Shown here in pieces: positions 55,781 through 63,990 of a stretch of 64,000 nt of DNA (positions within the stretch are counted from its first letter, which is position 1; each line of letters starts with the position of its first letter). This DNA is from Escherichia phage HK6. A program made the translations under genes and the position numbers. The DNA is taken from the sequence record PP724615.1; one strand, 5' to 3'. The notes under the pieces were generated by a model that worked only from the letters and a program-made list of their open reading frames with translations, was not told the DNA's origin and did no database searches.

Positions 55781-56515
55781 TTACGCAACCTTTAGTTTCT
55801 CAATATATTGTTGCGGGCTGCAACTATATTCTGCGCGTTCTTCTTCTGTCATACTTTCCCAACATAGTTTTAAGCGATCGGCTAGGAACTGATAATCATT
55901 ATCATCCTCAAGAGATTCATCAATAAAGGTTCCGCCTATCAATGCCACGCCGATTGATAGAATATCATTAACGGCTTGCGCGTCCAACGTTTTAAATCCA
56001 TATGATGCCGCCGCCGCCAATACTCCTTTATGATCATCAATCATTGTAAAATCAGCGTTCGGATATAGTTGCTTAAATAATTCAAAATAATAACTTTTAT
56101 ATACTGCGTCCTTGCTGTGGTATATTTCGCTAACCTTATCAGCCTCAAAATATTTATGCAGTGTATCGCGGGAAAATACACGGATATTGGTATCCCCACG
56201 CCCGCGCAATCCTTGCTTGCGTAGGAAGTAATAATCTGACTTGCTCATCAGGCGAGCGGTGCAAATAATGTTTAAAGTATTTGCGTCATTCATGCATTGG
56301 CGCATATATTCCACCAAAGGCAATAAGGTATCTCGCATTATTAAATGATGTTTGCAAGCCTCGTTTTTGTATTTATTTAAATTTAAATTCCCGTCGCTAT
56401 CAAAGCAAGGCGCGACACGATGAAACGAATTAACGATAGTGCCATCAAGATCCCAGATCATGACGCGGGTAATATGCGGAAAAGCGCGGGTAATATTCGT
56501 TTTTACTTGATTCAT
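55781..56515 (-). CDS. dmp: HAD-family 5'-deoxyribonucleotidase (dmp-like), ~244 aa
   Basis: HAD motif I MIWDLDGTIVNS and motif IV MIDDHKGV; first pre-early-type gene on the minus strand; start chosen at ATG 56515, which has the conserved GGAG element (track ORF extends to 56557). Confidence 0.55.
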   Translation of the reverse strand: MNQVKTNITRAFPHITRVMIWDLDGTIVNSFHRVAPCFDSDGNLNLNKYKNEACKHHLIMRDTLLPLVEYMRQCMNDANTLNIICTARLMSKSDYYFLRKQGLRGRGDTNIRVFSRDTLHKYFEADKVSEIYHSKDAVYKSYYFELFKQLYPNADFTMIDDHKGVLAAAASYGFKTLDAQAVNDILSIGVALIGGTFIDESLEDDNDYQFLADRLKLCWESMTEEERAEYSCSPQQYIEKLKVA

Positions 56516-56595
56516 TTTGTTACGTTCTCCAATAAAGGGATGTAGTTTATCCAGCATTACCCGCTATTTATCAGCGGGCAATAATAAATCAACTA

Positions 56596-56988
56596 TTAAA
56601 GACCATAAGCCAACGCATCAGCGATATAACTAATATCTTCGCCGGATACATGGGAACGAATGCCCGCGCATGTAAATACCTTCGCGCTCATTAGTTGATC
56701 ATCAAAGCAAGCCGGACAAGGCGCGACAACTGCAAACGCTAGGCCGGATTTTACGGCGTCGATGATAATCGTTTCCTGCTTCACCGTATCAACATAAACG
56801 CCGGCGGCCTTGATGTGACTACTTGCACGGCCTTGCGTATAGGCGAAAGTCGTGATCTGTAGCGCCTCATTAAACTCAATTAAATCATCAACAACGTGCC
56901 CCGCCTCAACGTGATACCGCTCACCATTTGAATAAACCAGAACAATGGAAGATTGAGCGCGATCGAATGGAATATTTTGCTTTTTCAT
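56596..56988 (-). CDS. hypothetical protein with HxE ... PCxxC zinc-motif pattern, 130 aa
   Basis: HVEAGH and PCPACFDD are reminiscent of cytidine/dCMP-deaminase-fold Zn sites, but their spacing is longer than typical, so assignment is tentative. Confidence 0.45.
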   Translation of the reverse strand: MKKQNIPFDRAQSSIVLVYSNGERYHVEAGHVVDDLIEFNEALQITTFAYTQGRASSHIKAAGVYVDTVKQETIIIDAVKSGLAFAVVAPCPACFDDQLMSAKVFTCAGIRSHVSGEDISYIADALAYGL

Positions 56989-57055
56989 ATTTATAAAACT
57001 CCAATTAATTTAATAAGGGGCATAAGCGGGGTATATACCCCGCTTATAAATTTAA

Positions 57056-58726
57056 TTATGCGAAAAATTTGCCGTTTTTAAAGTCAATCAAAGTGCGCTG
57101 CCCGTTGGCGTATGTAATTAAATGCGTTTGCGTCCAGCTTGACGCGCCAACGTTATAGCCCATATCTAGGGAACCAGCGACGCCCGCTGTGTATACGCCG
57201 CCGTATATGCTGGCGGTGTGGGTGTGCCCCGTGTTTAACTTGCCCAATTTCTTAAACTGTTTAGGATTGCCACGGCTGCCGTTAATGCCGTTGTGACCGT
57301 GTACGCCGCACTCAATGCCTGCAATTTTAAATGATTGGTCAGTGGTCAGGAAAATCGCGTTAAACTCGCAACCTGCAACCGTACGCAGCGCATAATCTAG
57401 CACGTTGAAAGTATCGTCATGATTACCGATTGCCGCGTAAATCGCAGCATTAAGGCGGTGATATAGTTCCGCATTGGCTGGATCGTCTTTAATGTTAGCA
57501 TTACGATCATCAAGCCAACGAGATAACGCCAGATCGTGGTTTGATTCGACAATGATCGTTTGACTAAAATCGCGCTCCATTGACTCCAGCACGCGCCCGG
57601 TGTCGATGAGATCATCCAGAACCTTATCACGTCCGGCTGCATACTGTTTCGCTAGAAATACACCTGAAGCGCGGTTGTGATGGTTGCGTGATGTAAAATC
57701 ATGCACGTCATGCACAAACTGATATTTTGGCTTGAGAATATCCACTAGCCCATAAGTATCACCGTGCCCCCATGACGCAGCGGCGCACTCCTCATCTAAT
57801 TTTTCAGCGTGTACGTCGCCATACTGCAAGCCTAAAACATGCCCCGACGTTTCAAAACATCCGGCGGGGGTCGCGCAAATATTCAGATCGTAAAACATGC
57901 CGCTTTCGTCCATCGTTTCAAGCTGGCGAACAAAAAATTCCCCGTCCTCGTCGAACTCAACAATCAGCGCGCCGTAATTATGCAATGCTTCAGCTTTTTG
58001 CCCTGCTTTCTGCTGAATGTAGTTTTTAAGTGTTGCCGTTCCGGTTGAGTACATGCGGCGCACTACTTCACCTTTGAGAGCTGGTACGCTTTCTGCGGTG
58101 ATTTTAGCGTGACCAATTGCCAGACCTTCAATATTCAAAGCCGTTGCAGTTTCTGCAAATCCAGACAGCGGATAGTCTGCGGTCGGTAGTACGTTAATTT
58201 CAGCCATGAAAGCGAAACGGCGGTTATTTAAAAACACGTTCTTATTGCAGATATATTTGTCAAAAGCGGAATCATATTTTACACCGTCTGCGCCTTCCCC
58301 ATTCTGGAATCCGTTTTTGTTATAAATATACTTAGAAACAAGCAAATCAGCGCCGATAAATTGGGCGTATTGCTCCAACGCGGCTAAAAAGTTTTTATGC
58401 GGGAAAGTATTATTCTGAATCGATGTAATAATAAAGCGTTTACCTTGTTTTACTTCCCACTGTTCCACCGTGCTAGAAATAATTCCAGCCGCTTCGGGGC
58501 GCTCGTCGTTTTTGATAGCTTTTACAGCTTTCGCCGCTTTTGGTTTTGCTGGTTTATTTGCTTCTAACCAATCACAAATCGCGGTCGAGTGTTTCGTTGT
58601 ATCGTAGACCGCTTTTGAAATATCGTCGCAGACTTCCAGCTTAGTAGCGCGCAGACGTTTACCATAGAAATTAAAGTCAGCGGCCAGCTTCAGGATAACG
58701 GTTTGTTTTTCTGCGGAAATAATCAT
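57056..58726 (-). CDS. A1: A1-like pre-early protein, calcineurin-like metallophosphoesterase, 556 aa
   Basis: Phosphoesterase motifs GDVHAE, GDTYGLVD, VESNHD, GHTHT; 556 aa equals the size I recall for T5 A1; location in the pre-early-type block. Confidence 0.6.
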   Translation of the reverse strand: MIISAEKQTVILKLAADFNFYGKRLRATKLEVCDDISKAVYDTTKHSTAICDWLEANKPAKPKAAKAVKAIKNDERPEAAGIISSTVEQWEVKQGKRFIITSIQNNTFPHKNFLAALEQYAQFIGADLLVSKYIYNKNGFQNGEGADGVKYDSAFDKYICNKNVFLNNRRFAFMAEINVLPTADYPLSGFAETATALNIEGLAIGHAKITAESVPALKGEVVRRMYSTGTATLKNYIQQKAGQKAEALHNYGALIVEFDEDGEFFVRQLETMDESGMFYDLNICATPAGCFETSGHVLGLQYGDVHAEKLDEECAAASWGHGDTYGLVDILKPKYQFVHDVHDFTSRNHHNRASGVFLAKQYAAGRDKVLDDLIDTGRVLESMERDFSQTIIVESNHDLALSRWLDDRNANIKDDPANAELYHRLNAAIYAAIGNHDDTFNVLDYALRTVAGCEFNAIFLTTDQSFKIAGIECGVHGHNGINGSRGNPKQFKKLGKLNTGHTHTASIYGGVYTAGVAGSLDMGYNVGASSWTQTHLITYANGQRTLIDFKNGKFFA

Positions 58727-58823
58727 AGTAATAAAACTCCATTAAAGGGATTAAAAAACGTTTGTTATTGGCAATATTGCCAAATATAACGCCTCCAATA
58801 ATAGGCGTTATAATTTGCAACAT

Positions 58824-59021
58824 TCAACTAATAGGCATCAGGCTAGAACTAACACCACAAACAACGGCGGCAATAAAACAAATCAGACCTAAACGCTTTG
58901 CCAGCCTAGATTTGCGTTTAAAATAATACGAATCTAAGTCATTTTGAAAATATGCGAACAATAACGAGGCCGCCATAATAAATAAGCCTAGAATGAGCGA
59001 TTCAGTGGGGTAAAAGATCAT
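58824..59021 (-). CDS. small two-helix membrane protein, ~65 aa
   Basis: Hydrophobic segments LILGLFIMAASLLFAYF and LGLICFIAAVVCGVSSS; ATG 59021 preceded by the conserved TTAATTGGAGTT element (track ORF extends to 59069). Confidence 0.45.
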   Translation of the reverse strand: MIFYPTESLILGLFIMAASLLFAYFQNDLDSYYFKRKSRLAKRLGLICFIAAVVCGVSSSLMPIS

Positions 59022-59078
59022 TTTAATAACTCCAATTAAAGGGAAATTATAGTGGGGAATAATCCCCACTAATTAAAT

Positions 59079-59486
59079 TTATTCACCTGCGGCCTGCTTT
59101 ACTTCATCGGCAACGCCCAATAATTGCGCCACAGCGTCCAATGTTTCTAATTTCGCGCTTTCAAGGCTTGCCAGATCATCGGCGTCCTTGATAATGCCGG
59201 AATCGATGGCATGTTTTGCAATTACTCGCACGTAATGAGCTTTACGGATTGAGCTGCCGCCGCCTACTTTGCGCGGCTTGTCGCTTTTCTGATAGGCTTT
59301 CGCGCTGGTCAATTTCGAACGAACTGACACGGGAGAAGCCGCGCCCACTGCCTTTGCGATCTCTTTCAAGCCGTCGCTGTTTGCGAATTCTAGCCCGTTT
59401 TCATTGATTAACTGCTGATACATGGAAACAGCCTGCTGAGTGTTTTCTTCGTTCCAGGAAAATTTTGCGGCTTTAACGTTAGTCAT
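59079..59486 (-). CDS. A2: A2-like pre-early protein, 135 aa
   Basis: Size (~15 kDa) and position downstream of A1 in the pre-early-type operon; conserved TTAATTGGAGTT element before ATG. Confidence 0.45.
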   Translation of the reverse strand: MTNVKAAKFSWNEENTQQAVSMYQQLINENGLEFANSDGLKEIAKAVGAASPVSVRSKLTSAKAYQKSDKPRKVGGGSSIRKAHYVRVIAKHAIDSGIIKDADDLASLESAKLETLDAVAQLLGVADEVKQAAGE

Positions 59487-59587
59487 GGTAAAAACTCCAA
59501 TTAATTTAATTTAAGGGATTAAATGATTAACATAATGTTAATCGTTATATGCCCCGAACTACTGGGGCATATAAAGTTAACACTATA

Positions 59588-59839
59588 TTATAAAACGGCT
59601 TCCCATTTTTCGTTGCGTTGAACAACCTTTACAACGTCGCCAGATTTAACGCGAACGCTAAAAACGGTTTTTCCGTTGTTACTGCGCTCATTTTCAGCGT
59701 ATACCGCGTCAATTGTATCGAACGGCATGAGCGCCGCGCCTTTAATACGTTCGGCTTTTCCGGTTAATTCATCCGTTTTAGTAACGAAAGGAATAAAAAC
59801 GGATTGACCAACTTTCGGCGCATTAATAACGTTTTTCAT
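59588..59839 (-). CDS. hypothetical pre-early protein, 83 aa
   Basis: ORF with ACCGGAGTT element 11 nt upstream of ATG, same operon and orientation. Confidence 0.5.
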   Translation of the reverse strand: MKNVINAPKVGQSVFIPFVTKTDELTGKAERIKGAALMPFDTIDAVYAENERSNNGKTVFSVRVKSGDVVKVVQRNEKWEAVL

Positions 59840-60274
59840 GGTATAAACTCCGGTTTATTTAGTGGATTGTTCCGCATTATCTGCTACTTTCTAGCAGATA
59901 ATAAGAAAAAATCCGCTCGCCATTATAAAATCAATTTAAGGAACTCCACGCGGGCCGCTATATCCCAGTTAGGGGGCGGGATGCATTATGGTAAGCACCG
60001 ACCGTCAAATTGTATCAAGTTATCGCTCTTATCGAACTGGGTACATCTTAAAGCCTATCGGCTAGGGTGTCAAATAGTTTTTTCGTTTTCTTTTAAGTTA
60101 GGATTTTCCCAACTGAATATCATTTCGCAAAATATTTTCCCATCTTTATGATGGTAAGCTATTTCGCTTCCGTGGTTCGCGCAAAAACTGATCACTGCTT
60201 CAGCTTGTTCTACCGTGATATTGTTAGCCGTTTCTTTGATTTTCATATCGTCGATTCCTTATATATAATAGATA

Positions 60275-60334
60275 AGTTTACCGCCGATAGGCTTTAAGAT
60301 ATACCCAATTTTTAAAGAGCGCGGCGGTAAACTT
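60275..60334. repeat. 13-bp perfect inverted repeat separated by 34 bp
   Basis: AAGTTTACCGCCG (60275-60287) and CGGCGGTAAACTT (60322-60334). Confidence 0.6.
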
Positions 60335-60952
60335 CCCGCCGTGTAGTTCGTCATTGCCGCCCTACGAGATAAATAATAACAAACAACGAAAAAGGCGCAA
60401 CCTTATATTTGTAAAGAAATGTAAAGACAAACGCCACCGGACACCATGCGGCGGGCTGGGCGCGGCGGCCCAAAATTAAAAGAAACGGGCGCGCGAATAC
60501 CACAAAACAAAGCAGATAGGCAAGTAATTTTTTTTATTTATATTTGCTTTGCCCTACTTGACAAAACCTAAAAAGCTCGTGGCAGCGATAAACGGCTTAT
60601 CCCCTTATGATGGGATGGCTAAAAACTTTACTGCGTTCTGGGGCGTTTTAGGCCGCCTATTATCGACTTAACAAATCATTAACAAAAGCAAAATTGAAAA
60701 ATAGTTGTAAAAGGTCTTGACTTTTAAAAATCAAGGGGCGTTGCGTTAATTTATTAAATAAAATATTTGACTTTTATTTGTTAGTATGCATCGGAAGGAT
60801 AGCAGACTAATAATTGCTAGGATGATAATCATGCTGGTGGATTGTAACGGCCTGAATTATTAGCAGACTATTAATCACGGAAAATCTCATTAGCCAACTA
60901 ACTATTTCATGATATATAATATACTTATAAATTAATGAGAAATAATAAATAT

Positions 60953-61060
60953 ATGAAATCATCACCATTATAATAATAACTATATGAAATCATCACCGTT
61001 ATAATAATAACTATAAGAAATTATCACCATTATAATAATAACGATAAGAAACTATCGGCA
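60953..61060. repeat. 31-bp direct repeats, about 3.5 tandem copies
   Basis: ATGAAATCATCACCATTATAATAATAACTAT / ATGAAATCATCACCGTTATAATAATAACTAT / AAGAAATTATCACCATTATAATAATAACGAT / degenerate fourth copy. Confidence 0.8.
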
Positions 61061-61085
61061 TAAGTGAGAACCACTATCATTTAAG

Positions 61086-61106
61086 TTATCCACAACGTTA
61101 TCCACA
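61086..61106. promoter_or_regulatory. two tandem consensus DnaA boxes
   Basis: TTATCCACA at 61086-61094 and 61098-61106, matching the TTATNCACA consensus. Confidence 0.6.
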
Positions 61107-61152
61107 GCACAAAATAACTTGACACAATAGGCGGCGATATGGGGACTTTTGC

Positions 61153-61195
61153 ACAGACTTATCCACAGGTTATTCCACTGTATAAATATACAGGG
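61153..61195. repeat. left copy of a 43-bp inverted repeat (DnaA box + SOS-box-like palindrome)
   Basis: ACAGACTTATCCACAGGTTATTCCACTGTATAAATATACAG: DnaA box 61159-61167, CTGT-N8-ACAG palindrome 61178-61193; ~39/43 identical to the reverse complement of 63947-63990. Confidence 0.65.
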
Positions 61196-61459
61196 TAGAA
61201 AGATAGTGTTAACGACTGCAATCAATTTTAAGCGGCCTAAAACGCTTTCTAACGAGCTAAACGCTGCGGGGCAATATTAAAGTAAAGACCCAACGCGTCG
61301 GCCTGGTGGCCTCATCGTGTTTTGCTCTTTACTACACCGCTGCGCGGTTAGCATAAAACTAGGCGTTAGGCAAGGAAAATAAAAAAGTAAAATAATCTTT
61401 GCCTATGCTAGAAAATTACCCTTATCATTCACTCACCGATTAACGAGAGGGCCGAACAA

Positions 61460-62452
61460 ATGAGGCTATATAAACCAGATAACGCAACCGTCTTAAAAGG
61501 TGCGCTGCGTAACCTGCTGGATGGTAGCAGAACAACCAGCATCCGGCATTTTGTTTTCAATATTGAAACTATTCATCAAAACTTTTTTGATGAATATGAT
61601 GCTTATAATATGAATAGTTTTCTACCGTTATATAAGCAAGGGGCAACGCTTGTTTTGTATAATCAGGATTATCAATTGCTCACTAGTCGGGGGCCGGATA
61701 CTGATTTCATAATTGTAAAAGGCAACACAGTAAAAGCCTATGATACTGGGGCGAGCTTAGAAGTTTTTTCAATAGAAAACTATGAGGCCAATGATAATGA
61801 TCTTTATGACGTAGAAAATTTTCTTGATTCATTTTGGCGTTATTTATCAGTTGGCTGGAATCGGTCGGATTCTGATGGGTATCGTTTTGCGGCTATAATG
61901 GCCTTTGATGATAACGGTAATTTTTTGCTACCGTCGGAACTATACCCGTATGTTTATAATGATCTGATACAGGAAGCCGGTTTTACTTTCTGGAAAGATG
62001 AAAATCAGCCTATTGACAATATAGAAAAACATGCTGTAAATTCTAACACTCAAAGCGTTATCGCTCAAACTACTGAAAATAAAGGAAAAAACACCATGAC
62101 CAAGATTGCTAACATCGTTGCCGCTAATAAATCCGCCGTTGTAAACGCTGCAAAACTGGAAGCGGGTAAAATTGCACTAACTCAAATCACGAAAGTAGCG
62201 GCTAAAAAAGCGCCGTTCATGATCAAAGGCTATATTGATACGCCGATTGGTCGCGTAGTGATCGCTAACCTGCTGAGTGTAGCGGTTGACCAGTACGCCC
62301 CGAGTAATCAAAAAGCGAAAGCGGTAGCGGGGGCGGCTATGGAAGCGGCAATGTTGGAAATGGTGCAAAGTTTTAACATCGCTGAGATGATCGATGAAAT
62401 GGTAAAAGGTATCGATATTTCTACTTTTACCAATAACACCGAAAACGAGTAA
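61460..62452 (+). CDS. hypothetical protein, 330 aa
   Basis: ORF with GAGAGGG RBS; first gene inside the inverted-repeat-bracketed segment; no motif. Confidence 0.55.
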   Translation: MRLYKPDNATVLKGALRNLLDGSRTTSIRHFVFNIETIHQNFFDEYDAYNMNSFLPLYKQGATLVLYNQDYQLLTSRGPDTDFIIVKGNTVKAYDTGASLEVFSIENYEANDNDLYDVENFLDSFWRYLSVGWNRSDSDGYRFAAIMAFDDNGNFLLPSELYPYVYNDLIQEAGFTFWKDENQPIDNIEKHAVNSNTQSVIAQTTENKGKNTMTKIANIVAANKSAVVNAAKLEAGKIALTQITKVAAKKAPFMIKGYIDTPIGRVVIANLLSVAVDQYAPSNQKAKAVAGAAMEAAMLEMVQSFNIAEMIDEMVKGIDISTFTNNTENE

Positions 62453-62537
62453 TAACTAGCCTATTGTAAAGTTTTGTAAAGGTCGCCTTTTATGGTGGCC
62501 TTTTTTGTTATAATGCCTTTACACCGTTTGAGGACGG

Positions 62538-62801
62538 TTGAAAATTTTCCCAAAATTTTGGAGGCTTATAATGGTTGCTTTTTCTTCTTCTGACGCTCTT
62601 TTCACTGGTAAAGGCTGGGTATCAAATCGCTGGATTATTCAGGAAATGGTGCAAGAATACGGCATTGCTAAAACTTATACTACCATTCAGGCGCTTTATG
62701 ATAATGATCAAATCGATCAGCAAACGGCGGGCTTTTTACTGGATACCCTGAAAGCGGAACATTGCACCGAAAAGCAAGCCGCCAAAATTGTTTTAATGTA
62801 A
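62538..62801 (+). CDS. hypothetical protein, 87 aa (start uncertain)
   Basis: ORF followed by a hairpin (GGGGCGATACTTTCGCCCC) at 62811-62829. Confidence 0.4.
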   Translation: MKIFPKFWRLIMVAFSSSDALFTGKGWVSNRWIIQEMVQEYGIAKTYTTIQALYDNDQIDQQTAGFLLDTLKAEHCTEKQAAKIVLM

Positions 62802-62850
62802 TTAATAACGGGGCGATACTTTCGCCCCGATAACTAGGGGAGTATTAAAA

Positions 62851-63000
62851 ATGGTTATTTTTCAAGCTTTTTTAGCGGGTATCTTGGGCGCTATCTTATC
62901 GTTGTTTGCAATAGCTTTCGACGTTCACGCGGTTATTATTGGCGCGGGTATCGCTGTATTTTCTTATCTGCTGGGCTGCATGACTAGTAAAGGAGAATAA
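62851..63000 (+). CDS. small hydrophobic membrane peptide, 49 aa
   Basis: ATG 62851 with AGGGGAG RBS; product MVIFQAFLAGILGAILSLFAIAFDVHAVIIGAGIAVFSYLLGCMTSKGE; below the track threshold. Confidence 0.35.
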   Translation: MVIFQAFLAGILGAILSLFAIAFDVHAVIIGAGIAVFSYLLGCMTSKGE

Positions 63001-63002
63001 AA

Positions 63003-63215
63003 ATGATCCGCAACGTTTCTCTTGCACGTTCGAAAGGTTTTAAGCTGGTGGATGTTAACACGTTCGAGCGTCCAGACTGTAAAATCGAATATGTAGCACG
63101 TAATAAAAATGCCTTTCGTGTTACTGAAAAGAAATTCGACAAGCGCGGCAACGTGGTCACTGAAACGGTTAAATATTTTGCCACCTTTTACGCTGCATTT
63201 CGTGGGGTACTATGA
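63003..63215 (+). CDS. hypothetical protein, 70 aa
   Basis: ORF with AAAGGAGAA RBS supplied by the 3' end of the preceding small ORF. Confidence 0.5.
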   Translation: MIRNVSLARSKGFKLVDVNTFERPDCKIEYVARNKNAFRVTEKKFDKRGNVVTETVKYFATFYAAFRGVL

Positions 63216-63337
63216 AAAGCGTTATTGTTGTTCTCCTTGCAATGGCTGGCGGTTTTATCGCCACCTTATTTAAGAATGACCCCGTTTCGCTGGGGATCTT
63301 TATGCTTTTATCGGGCTATCTGATCGGGAGGCTATAA
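63212..63337 (+). CDS. small hydrophobic membrane peptide, 41 aa
   Basis: ATG overlapping the upstream stop (ATGA); product MKSVIVVLLAMAGGFIATLFKNDPVSLGIFMLLSGYLIGRL; below the track threshold. Confidence 0.35.
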   Translation: MKSVIVVLLAMAGGFIATLFKNDPVSLGIFMLLSGYLIGRL

Positions 63338-63338
63338 A

Positions 63339-63683
63339 ATGATCATTTACGAGGGAAATCGCTTTGTTGCTAACTGCCGCCCGGCATTATTAGCAAACTA
63401 TTTGAATCAGCTTTCCCCAGCTTATAAGGGCGTTATTAATATTTATGAGGGCAAGGCGCATTATAAAATCAATGCGGTCGTTGCCCGTGAACTAGCGTTT
63501 CAATTTTTAACCTTCGCATCTTGTGATATTCAGGTCATGGGTGAGGCGTTAATTGCAGAAAATGAGGATGATTTTATTAATATTTTTCGCAAGATATGCA
63601 CCGAGCGCCTGATAATCAAAGGCGCATATATTCAATCCACGGCCGATAGTATTGAAACAGCGTTTCGAAAGGTGGCGCAATAA
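63339..63683 (+). CDS. hypothetical protein, 114 aa
   Basis: ORF with GGGAGG RBS, translationally coupled to the preceding peptide gene. Confidence 0.5.
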   Translation: MIIYEGNRFVANCRPALLANYLNQLSPAYKGVINIYEGKAHYKINAVVARELAFQFLTFASCDIQVMGEALIAENEDDFINIFRKICTERLIIKGAYIQSTADSIETAFRKVAQ

Positions 63684-63946
63684 GATTATATAATCACGGG
63701 GCGCAACTATCGAGAAGTGCCCCCAATTTTCAAATGATAATCATTCTCATTTGACCGCGCCCGCGATGGTTAGCCTGCTAATGGTTAGGGTGTTACGTGT
63801 CGCCTTGTGTGATCGTTAGCGAGCTAACTAATTTTCAAGCCTCCTCCAATTTTGCCCTTGTTTTAGTATCCCCACCAAAATTAAACGCGTTAGAATGCGT
63901 TTGAGAGCGTTTTAACGCTATATTAGAACTATTCACTGCGTAGGAA

Positions 63947-63990
63947 TACTGTATATTTATACAGTAGGATAAGCTGTGGATAAGTCTGTT
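63947..63990. repeat. right copy of the 43-bp inverted repeat (SOS-box-like palindrome + DnaA box, opposite orientation)
   Basis: TACTGTATATTTATACAGTA (CTGT-N8-ACAG) at 63947-63966 and TGTGGATAA (reverse DnaA box) at 63975-63983. Confidence 0.65.

Noticed and set aside
60089-60247. 52-aa minus-strand ORF (MKIKETANNITVEQAEAV...) next to the 13-bp inverted repeat
   Set aside because: Lacks the conserved TTAATTGGAGTT initiation element of the neighbouring pre-early-type genes and is short; coding status not supportable from sequence alone
60953-61060. CRISPR array
   Set aside because: The 31-bp units are directly tandem without intervening unique spacers and there are no cas genes; interpreted as iteron-like repeats
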